Part shown: in pieces, positions 56,896-64,000 of the stretch | How positions within the stretch are numbered: position 1 is the stretch's first letter | How the letters are laid out: each line of letters starts with the position of its first letter | Assembly (NCBI GenBank): GCA_045606105.1 | Contig: JAZURI010000009.1 | Location: 32,001 to 96,000 of the forward strand | Origin: Spirochaetia bacterium | GTDB lineage: Bacteria > Spirochaetota > Spirochaetia > CADAEX01 | Direction: 5' to 3' | Length of the DNA: 64,000 nucleotides | Program-made: the position numbers and the translations under genes | The notes under the pieces: generated by a model | What the model was told of the DNA's origin: nothing | The model's input: only the letters and a program-made list of their open reading frames with translations | Databases searched by the model: none

Positions 56896-57834
56896 ATGAA
56901 AAAGAATCTCTCTTTTCTCGGTCTGGGAACCTGGTGTTTCGGTGATGAAGAGAATCCTTCCGTATCCGATCCCATGAAAAGCTACTGGGGCGGCCAGAAA
57001 AGAAGCGACAGTATAAAGACTCTCCATGCAGCCCTGAGGGCAGGTATAAACCATTTTGATACAGCTCAGGTTTACGGAAACGGAAGATCGGAGCAGATAG
57101 TAGGGCAGGAGCTCCGCCGTGTCAGGGAAAAGGTGATCATTGCCGACAAGTTCATGCCCTACGAGGGAAACCGGGATTATGTGATCCGGAAGACGGAGCT
57201 CTCTCTCAGGAGGCTCAACAGCGACTACATAGATATAATGTACATTCACTGGCCGGTACCGGGGGTGGAGAATGCCTGTGTTACCGAGGCTCTTGAAAAG
57301 TTGCGGGAGCAGGGAAAGATAAGATATATCGGTGTCAGCAATTTCAGCTGTCGTGAACTGGAGGAGGCTCTCAGGGGCGGAACTGTGGATTTCTGCCAGG
57401 TGGGCTATAATTTCCTGTGGCGCCGGTGCGAAAGGGATATTCTTCCGTTCTGCCGGGAAAAAGGAATTTCCACCGTGGCCTACAGCTTCTTTGCCCAGGG
57501 CTTTCTTACCGGAAGCAGCTTCGGTGCTTCCGACCACCGCCGGAACCTTGTATTCTGCCGTGATGAAAAATATGCCCGGGCGGCCCGGGAACTGAGGCTT
57601 CTGGCTGAGGAAAACGGTGTTACCGTTCCGGCTCTTCTTTTTGCCTGGGGCAGAAGTCTGGGGCTTCTTGATTCCGTACTGGTGGGCTGCAGGAACAGAA
57701 AAAGCCTTGAGGATAATGCAGCCGCCCTGTCGGTGCCGGTTCCTGCCGGTATTGTGGAAAAGGCGGCGGCGATTTCAGAAAAGGTCTGTTTTCAGGAAAA
57801 CGGATACGAAAACATATTTGACCACGGGGTATAG
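56896..57834 (+). CDS. Aldo/keto reductase
   Basis: LGLGTW, FDTAQVYGNG.SE, SLRRLNSDYID..YIHWP, GKIRYIGVSNF. Confidence 0.93.
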   Translation: MKKNLSFLGLGTWCFGDEENPSVSDPMKSYWGGQKRSDSIKTLHAALRAGINHFDTAQVYGNGRSEQIVGQELRRVREKVIIADKFMPYEGNRDYVIRKTELSLRRLNSDYIDIMYIHWPVPGVENACVTEALEKLREQGKIRYIGVSNFSCRELEEALRGGTVDFCQVGYNFLWRRCERDILPFCREKGISTVAYSFFAQGFLTGSSFGASDHRRNLVFCRDEKYARAARELRLLAEENGVTVPALLFAWGRSLGLLDSVLVGCRNRKSLEDNAAALSVPVPAGIVEKAAAISEKVCFQENGYENIFDHGV

Positions 57835-57874
57835 ATGTTCACGGAATGAACAAGTTCTGAGGCCTGGTTTTTTT

Positions 57875-58519
57875 TCAGCAGATAAAAGATGAAACAAGGT
57901 TGTTCAGTTCCTGAACATCTCTGCAGGTGAATTCAGGTTCTGTGGCTGCCAGGGTTTCCGGTGTCTGCCATCCGTAGGTTACGGCAATGGTCCGGACTCC
58001 CGCTTTTTTCCCCTCGGTTATGTCTCCCATGGTATCCCCGATCATGAATGTGTTTTCGGGAAGGACGGAAAAGCTTTTCATCATGGCACATATCTTCTCC
58101 GATTTGCTGCCCGGTGTTTCGGCTCCGGTGATAATGTCGGAAATATTGCCGGCCTCCGTAAGGGAGAGCCTTCTCGAAACGGTATCCCGGTGGTTGCCGG
58201 TGTTTACCGCAAGGTAGTGTCCCTTCTCCTTTATCAGTCTGAAAATATCGGTTATTCCGGCAAAAACCGGTGTCCGGGATGCACTTTCCCTGAGCCCGGC
58301 CATGAATTCATCATGATACCGGGGATACTCCTCTGCAGGTACTCCTATTGTCTCAAAAGCCTTGTCAAACATAACGGAAGGCATTTTTCCTATGATCTCC
58401 CTGTTTATCCGGCCCGGAATCCCGTGTTTTCCGGCTATGGTATTCAGGGTATTGATGCAGGAGTCCAGAGAGTCCACTATTACCCCGTCATAATCAAAAA
58501 TAAATAAAAATTTTTTCAT
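57875..58519 (-). CDS. HAD family phosphatase (phosphoglycolate phosphatase-like)
   Basis: FDYDGVIVDS, NTGN, K, MIGDTMGD, VTYGW. Confidence 0.88.
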   Translation of the reverse strand: MKKFLFIFDYDGVIVDSLDSCINTLNTIAGKHGIPGRINREIIGKMPSVMFDKAFETIGVPAEEYPRYHDEFMAGLRESASRTPVFAGITDIFRLIKEKGHYLAVNTGNHRDTVSRRLSLTEAGNISDIITGAETPGSKSEKICAMMKSFSVLPENTFMIGDTMGDITEGKKAGVRTIAVTYGWQTPETLAATEPEFTCRDVQELNNLVSSFIC

Positions 58520-58600
58520 ACTGATAATCACTTATATTGATATTTCTTCTTTGAAAATATAACATTATTTATAAGTTTAAACAATTTGTCGGGGGTACAA

Positions 58601-60730
58601 ATGGAGACAAGAATAGTTGATTTCAGCGAAACTTCCCTGCATTCCATCTACGGTGAAAACTGTTTCAATGATGCAAACATGCGGGAGCTTTTACCAAAAT
58701 CTGTCTATAAGGAACTGAAGGAGATTCAGAAGGGGAACAAGACCCTTACTCCGGAGATTGCGGAAGCAGTAGCCAGCGCCATGAAAACCTGGGCCGTTTC
58801 CAAGGGGGCAACCCACTTTACCCATTGGTTCCAGCCTCTCAACGATCTTACCGCAGAAAAGCACGATGCCTTCATCACCCCTACCGATGACGGAAAAGTT
58901 ATCCTTGAATTTTCCGGCAAGGAGCTTCTGAAGGGAGAATCCGATGCCTCCTCTTTTCCCAGCGGCGGTCTCCGTTCCACCTTCGAGGCCAGGGGATACA
59001 CAGCCTGGGATACCACATCGCCTGCCTTCCTCATGCCTGACAATTCCGGTGTGACCCTCAACATACCGACAGCATTCTTTTCATATACCGGGGATTCCCT
59101 TGACAAGAAGGGACCTCTTCTGAAGTCCATGGATGTGCTGGACAAGGCCAGCCTCAGGCTTCTCAGGGCCATGGGCAACAAGACTGCAAGAAAGGTCTTT
59201 GCCACAGTGGGAGCCGAACAGGAATACTTCCTGGTGGACAAGAAATATTACGACACAAGATCGGACCTGGTGCTGTGCAAGAAGACTCTTTTCGGCTCCA
59301 TGCCGGGAAAGGGACAGGAACTTAACAGCCATTACTACGGAAATATCAGGCTCCGGGTAGCCGATTTCATGAGAGAGCTTAACTGCGAGCTCTGGAAAAT
59401 GGGTATTCCAGCCAAGACACAGCACAATGAGGTGGCTCCGAACCAGTTCGAGCTGGCACCGGTCTATTCTACGGTAAATGTGGCAACCGATCAGAACCAG
59501 CTTACCATGCTTATCCTCCGCAAGGTGGCCAAGAGACACGGTCTGGCTGTTCTTCTGAACGAGAAGCCTTTCAAGGGGGTAAACGGCTCGGGAAAGCACA
59601 ACAACTGGTCTCTCTGTACCGACGAAGGGGTAAATCTGCTGGAGCCGGGTGACGATCCGAAATCCAATACCCAGTTCCTCCTTTTCCTTTCGGCAATTAT
59701 CAAGGGATGCGACAAATATGCCCGGCTCATAAGATTTTCTGCCAGCAATGCGGGAAACGATTACCGTCTCGGTGCGGCCGAGGCTCCTCCTGCCATTATT
59801 TCGGTTTTTCTCGGAGACGAGCTGGAGGAGATTCTTGACAAGCTGTCAAAGCATGAGGACATTACCTCTGCCAAGATAGGCAAGATTCAGTTCGGTGTAA
59901 ATTCCCTTCCTGCCGTGCCGCGGGATTCCACAGACCGTAACAGGACATCTCCTATGGCCTTTACCGGTAACAAGTTCGAGTTCAGGATGGTGGGTTCATC
60001 TGCCTCCATTGCCAATCCGAACACAGTTTTCAATACAGTGGTGGCCTCCGTGCTGGAGGAGTTTGCCGAAGAGCTGGAGCAGGCAAAGAGCAAGTCCGAT
60101 GCGGTGCTTAAGCTTATAACCGACACCTACAGGAACCACAGAAGAATCATTTTCAACGGAAACGGATATTCCGATGAGTGGGTGAAGGAGGCTGAAAGAA
60201 GAGGTCTTCCCAACATCACCAACAATGTGGATGCAATTTCCGAAATAATCTCTTCCGAATCGGTGGAGCTTTTTGAAAGGATGAAGGTTCTGAACCGTCA
60301 GGAGCTTGAGGCAAGATACAATATCTATCTTCAGGTTTACAGCCGTCAGATAAAGATGGAAGCCACAGTAATGCTTCAGATGGCCAGAAAGGATATTTTC
60401 CCTGCGGCCCTGAAATATGTACATGATGTGGCCTCTACCCTGAATCAGGTTCGGGCTACCGGAATCAGCTGTCCTATGGCAAGAGAAGAGGGAATAGTTG
60501 CAGCCCTTATGGAAAATATCGACAAAATGGAGGAGACCTGCATCAGCCTCGAGAAGGAGCTCAAGACTACCCACGAGATTACAGGTCCGTTTGAAAAGGC
60601 CGCAGCCTACAGGGACAATGTACAGGCCAAGATGAAGACACTCCGTTTCTATGCAGATGCTCTGGAGAGAATGGTCGGAAAGACATACTGGCCTTTCGCA
60701 ACCTACGAAGACCTGCTGTTCAAGATGTGA
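58601..60730 (+). CDS. glnA: Glutamine synthetase type III
   Basis: THFTHWFQP..AEKHD, DASSFPSGG, HNEVAPNQFE, GVNGSGKHNNWS, DRNRTSP, NKFEFR. Confidence 0.95.
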   Translation: METRIVDFSETSLHSIYGENCFNDANMRELLPKSVYKELKEIQKGNKTLTPEIAEAVASAMKTWAVSKGATHFTHWFQPLNDLTAEKHDAFITPTDDGKVILEFSGKELLKGESDASSFPSGGLRSTFEARGYTAWDTTSPAFLMPDNSGVTLNIPTAFFSYTGDSLDKKGPLLKSMDVLDKASLRLLRAMGNKTARKVFATVGAEQEYFLVDKKYYDTRSDLVLCKKTLFGSMPGKGQELNSHYYGNIRLRVADFMRELNCELWKMGIPAKTQHNEVAPNQFELAPVYSTVNVATDQNQLTMLILRKVAKRHGLAVLLNEKPFKGVNGSGKHNNWSLCTDEGVNLLEPGDDPKSNTQFLLFLSAIIKGCDKYARLIRFSASNAGNDYRLGAAEAPPAIISVFLGDELEEILDKLSKHEDITSAKIGKIQFGVNSLPAVPRDSTDRNRTSPMAFTGNKFEFRMVGSSASIANPNTVFNTVVASVLEEFAEELEQAKSKSDAVLKLITDTYRNHRRIIFNGNGYSDEWVKEAERRGLPNITNNVDAISEIISSESVELFERMKVLNRQELEARYNIYLQVYSRQIKMEATVMLQMARKDIFPAALKYVHDVASTLNQVRATGISCPMAREEGIVAALMENIDKMEETCISLEKELKTTHEITGPFEKAAAYRDNVQAKMKTLRFYADALERMVGKTYWPFATYEDLLFKM

Positions 60731-60756
60731 GAAACTTCTTTAATGTTTAAGCCGGC

Positions 60757-61386
60757 TCAGTACTTCTGGGCCTTGGCTGAGGATTTCTTCAGCTCGGGAT
60801 GCTTGTTGAAATAGGTATTCCAGTCATCGATCTTGTCTCCGTCATGGATGACAAAGGCATGCTTTGCCTTTTCTGCCACATAGTGGTCTGACCATGCATC
60901 GCTGTAGAAATCGTCAATAACCGATGTATCGAAATGTTTTCTGAAATTATCCAGCTTGTATTCTCCGATGGCAAACTTTCCGTTGATTTTTCCGGTATGC
61001 TCATCCATGTCGGTGGCTACCAGGTTATGGAGTCCCAGTCTTCTGAGAATAGGCTTAATGAGGAATGAGGGTGTTCCGCTGGCAACGATATCCTCCGGGT
61101 CCTTCTGCTCCAGATACCATTTCTTGAGTCTGGCCTGGTGCTTGTCCCAGAAATCCTCCAGAATGGCATCAAGCTTGCCCATCTTGTCCAGCTTTCTGAG
61201 GAACATATACTGTCCTTGTCTGGCGGCAGTCTTGTCTATCAGCTTCATGTTGAGAAGCTCAGTCCACCACAGAAAATTCAGATGATAAAAGAAAAGCTCT
61301 TTTTTATAGGTTTTGAAGATATATTCGAAAAAGCAGTCCTCGCAGTCCCCCGAATACATTGTTTCGTCAAAATCATAAACATTCAT
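60757..61386 (-). CDS. HAD-IB family phosphatase
   Basis: MNVYDFDETMY, ASGTP, K, FYSDAWSD. Confidence 0.85.
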   Translation of the reverse strand: MNVYDFDETMYSGDCEDCFFEYIFKTYKKELFFYHLNFLWWTELLNMKLIDKTAARQGQYMFLRKLDKMGKLDAILEDFWDKHQARLKKWYLEQKDPEDIVASGTPSFLIKPILRRLGLHNLVATDMDEHTGKINGKFAIGEYKLDNFRKHFDTSVIDDFYSDAWSDHYVAEKAKHAFVIHDGDKIDDWNTYFNKHPELKKSSAKAQKY

Positions 61387-61513
61387 TTTCAGTTCCCCCG
61401 TTTAACTAGAATATAGCATAAATAAAGGTCAAAAACAATAGATAATTTTTTGTCATTTAAATACTTCTATAAATATATTATTTTGACTATAATAACCGTC
61501 AGGAGATGAGAAA

Positions 61514-63043
61514 ATGGATATTGATATAAAGAATCTGCATCCTCTGGAGATAAAGCTTCTTCTTCATTTTGCAGAAAATGAAATTACAGTGGAAAAGGTC
61601 GGCAGCACCCTGGGTTTTGAGACAGGACAGTGCAATCAGGTTTTCAGCTGGCTTTCCGTAAAAAATCTTATCAGAGAGAAAAGCAGAACTCTGAGAATCA
61701 TCTATGAGCTTACAGAGCTTGGTGCCGATTACAGGGCCAAGGGAACTCCTGCCGAACAGATATTCAGGCTTGTTGCGGAGAAGGGGGCAATGACACTTCC
61801 TGAAATCGCCAAGGAGCTGGGTCTGGAAAACAAGGACGTAGGTACAGCCTTCGGACAGCTTTCCAAGGAAGGTATTCTGGCTATGGACGGAGAAAAGAAG
61901 GCATCCCTTAAGAATGACTCCGTTTCGGCAACAATGAAGATAACAAGGGATCTTCTCGACAGGGAAGGTCAGATTGCAGAGGCATCCCTTTCAGACGAAG
62001 AAAAGAGGGTAATGGCCGGCATCAGCAAGAAAAGAGGTGCCGCAGGAGCCCCTTTCAAGGTTATTGAGAGAGAGGACGTGGTTTACGAGTTCACACCGGA
62101 AGGGGAAGAGGCAAAGAAGCTGCTTCTGGCCAAGGGTGTTACCGGAGAGGAAATCGGAGTGCTTACTCCGGAAATGCTCCGCAAGGGGGACTGGAAAGGA
62201 AAGACCTTCAGAAGCTACAACGTGAAGACTCCTCCTACAAGGGTACTTCTGGGAAGACACAATCCATATACCGTTTTCCTTGACAGCGTTAAGGATAAGC
62301 TGGTTTCACTGGGCTTTGAGGAGTATGACGGTCCGCTGGTGGAAACAGAGTTCTGGAACTGCGATGCTCTTTTCATGCCTCAGTTCCATGCTGCCAGAGA
62401 TATTCATGATGTATACCAGATCAAGAATCCTCAGAGAGCAAAGGAAATCGAGCAGCCTTATCTGGACCGTGTTGCTGCCACCCACAAGGACGGATGGCTT
62501 ACAGGCAGCCGCGGATGGGATTACGAATTTGACCATGACTTTACAAAGCGTCTTATCCTCAGGAGCCAGGGAACAGTTCTTTCCGCAAAACAGCTCCACA
62601 AGGCCAAGATTCCTGGAAAATATTTCGGTATCGCAAGATGCTTCAGATACGACAAGGTGGATGCTACCCATCTTTCAGACTTCTATCAGACAGAGGGTAT
62701 CGTTCTCGGTGACGATGTCAACATGAAGACACTTCTGGGACTTCTCAGGATGTTTGCGGTAGAGGTGGCCGGTGCTACAGATGTAATGTATGTTCCTGGC
62801 TATTTCCCTTTCACAGAGCCTTCTGTAGAGGTTCATATCAAGCATCCGGTTCTGGGATGGTTCGAGCTGGGAGGAGCCGGAATCTTCCGTCCTGAGGTTA
62901 CAAAGCCGATGAACGTGGATTGTCCTGTTCTTGCCTGGGGTCTGGGAATCGACAGAATGGCGCTCATGTCTCTGGGACTCAACGACCTTCGTGAACTTTT
63001 CTCATCTGACATTGAAAATATCCGTTTAAGAAGGAGCAAATAA
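61514..63043 (+). CDS. pheS: Phenylalanine--tRNA ligase alpha subunit (long archaeal/spirochete type)
   Basis: N-terminal winged-helix-like extension; FMPQFHAARD, CFRYDKVDATH, YFPFTEPS, AWGLGIDR. Confidence 0.96.
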   Translation: MDIDIKNLHPLEIKLLLHFAENEITVEKVGSTLGFETGQCNQVFSWLSVKNLIREKSRTLRIIYELTELGADYRAKGTPAEQIFRLVAEKGAMTLPEIAKELGLENKDVGTAFGQLSKEGILAMDGEKKASLKNDSVSATMKITRDLLDREGQIAEASLSDEEKRVMAGISKKRGAAGAPFKVIEREDVVYEFTPEGEEAKKLLLAKGVTGEEIGVLTPEMLRKGDWKGKTFRSYNVKTPPTRVLLGRHNPYTVFLDSVKDKLVSLGFEEYDGPLVETEFWNCDALFMPQFHAARDIHDVYQIKNPQRAKEIEQPYLDRVAATHKDGWLTGSRGWDYEFDHDFTKRLILRSQGTVLSAKQLHKAKIPGKYFGIARCFRYDKVDATHLSDFYQTEGIVLGDDVNMKTLLGLLRMFAVEVAGATDVMYVPGYFPFTEPSVEVHIKHPVLGWFELGGAGIFRPEVTKPMNVDCPVLAWGLGIDRMALMSLGLNDLRELFSSDIENIRLRRSK

Positions 63044-63044
63044 A

Positions 63045-64000
63045 ATGCCTAAAATTGAAGTTTCGGGTGAAGCACTCTATAAATATATGGGACAGAAGAT
63101 TACAGGACAGGAGTTCCTTGATCTGATTCCGGCCGCAAAGGCAGAGCTTGACGAAGAGGACGGAGATACACTCAAGATCGAGCTTAACGATACAAACCGT
63201 CCTGACCTCTGGTCCACAGCAGGACTGGGAAGACAGCTCCGTCTCTATCTGGGCGGCGAAATTCCTCAGTATCCGTTCTTTTCAAGGGAAGGGGATATCA
63301 AGGACAATGAAGGAAGAACTGTTGAGGTAGATTCCTCAGTAAGGGATATCCGTCCTTATGAGGTTGCCTTTGCCGTAAGAAGCAGGACCGGTATTTCCGA
63401 TGCGGGACTCAAGGACATTATCCAGACCCAGGAAAAGCTGTGCTGGAACTACGGCCGCAAGAGAAAATCCATTGCCATGGGTGTCTTCAGAAGCGACATG
63501 GTAAAATATCCTGTAAAATATTTTGCTGCAGATCCTGACAAAACCAGCTTTGTTCCTCTCGGATTCACAGAAAAGATGACTCTCAGGGAAATTCTCGAGA
63601 AGCATCCGAAGGGACAGGATTTCGGATACATCATCAAGGATATGCCGGGTTATCCGTATATCACCGATGCAGACGGCAATACACTCAGTATGCCTCCTGT
63701 CATCAACTCCAACGAAAGCGGCGCCGTGGAAGTAGGGGACAAGAATCTTTTTATCGAGATTACAGGAACCGACATGCCGTCACTTATCCTTACAGCCTCC
63801 ATCGTGGCCTGTGACCTTTACGATTCTGGTTTCGAGATTCTGCCGGTAAAGGTTGTATACCCTTATGACACACCGTTCGGACGGGAAATCACCATTCCGT
63901 ACTATTTCCAGAAGCCTGTGACAGTGGATCTTCCTTATATCAACAAGATTCTGGGAGATGACCTTACCATTGAGGAAGCAGCTTCATACTGCGAAAAAAT
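63045..64000 (+). CDS. pheT: Phenylalanine--tRNA ligase beta subunit (archaeal type), runs off window end
   Basis: Hand-translated MPKIEV..KIELNDTNRPDLWS..QTQEKLCWNYGRKRKSIAMG..SMPPVINS; 1 nt after the pheS stop. Confidence 0.93.
   Translation, partial: MPKIEVSGEALYKYMGQKITGQEFLDLIPAAKAELDEEDGDTLKIELNDTNRPDLWSTAGLGRQLRLYLGGEIPQYPFFSREGDIKDNEGRTVEVDSSVRDIRPYEVAFAVRSRTGISDAGLKDIIQTQEKLCWNYGRKRKSIAMGVFRSDMVKYPVKYFAADPDKTSFVPLGFTEKMTLREILEKHPKGQDFGYIIKDMPGYPYITDADGNTLSMPPVINSNESGAVEVGDKNLFIEITGTDMPSLILTASIVACDLYDSGFEILPVKVVYPYDTPFGREITIPYYFQKPVTVDLPYINKILGDDLTIEEAASYCEK

Noticed and set aside
58532-58562. Inverted repeat TTATATT-N17-AATATAA upstream of glnA
   Set aside because: Seven-base AT-only arms in an AT-rich region are expected by chance.
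61387-61513. Possible T-box leader upstream of pheS (also checked leuS)
   Set aside because: Short AT-rich divergent promoter region with no T-box consensus; leuS is only 2 nt from trmL.
61514-64000. Archaeal-type PheRS suggesting horizontal transfer
   Set aside because: Well-known ancestral feature of spirochetes, so not novel.

Overview
Gene-dense chromosomal segment of an anaerobic spirochete (Spirochaetota). This assignment rests on the coaD-rpmF-acpP-rnc, ffh-rpsP-khpA-rimM-trmD-rplS and rpsT-hbb-lnt-rho-rpmE syntenies, the archaeal-type long PheS/PheT and a BpuR-like PUR protein. About 60 CDS and one tRNA-Gly(TCC) are present; I found no IS, prophage, CRISPR array or rRNA. Most genes are housekeeping. 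Points worth follow-up: (1) a 10.4-kb, fully overlapping seven-gene envelope operon (TPR lipoprotein, TolC, membrane-fusion protein, two Ig-like lipoproteins, two shortened RND permeases with eroded proton-relay motifs); (2) an overlapping pair of a ParB-like protein lacking its arginine patch and an SPL-family radical SAM enzyme; (3) a minus-strand run with a Pseudomonas RssB/RssC-like phosphatase/STAS pair, an ECF transporter, an anti-sigma kinase and a group D [FeFe]-hydrogenase-like protein; (4) a 56-aa basic zinc-ribbon ORF upstream of rpsT, missed by the ORF track; (5) rnc apparently starting at a non-canonical codon in frame with acpP; (6) several apparently leaderless genes; (7) a tandem pseudo-galactokinase and pseudo-HAD; (8) an orphan HicA-like domain protein. 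All family assignments come from motif recognition and memory, not database searches.
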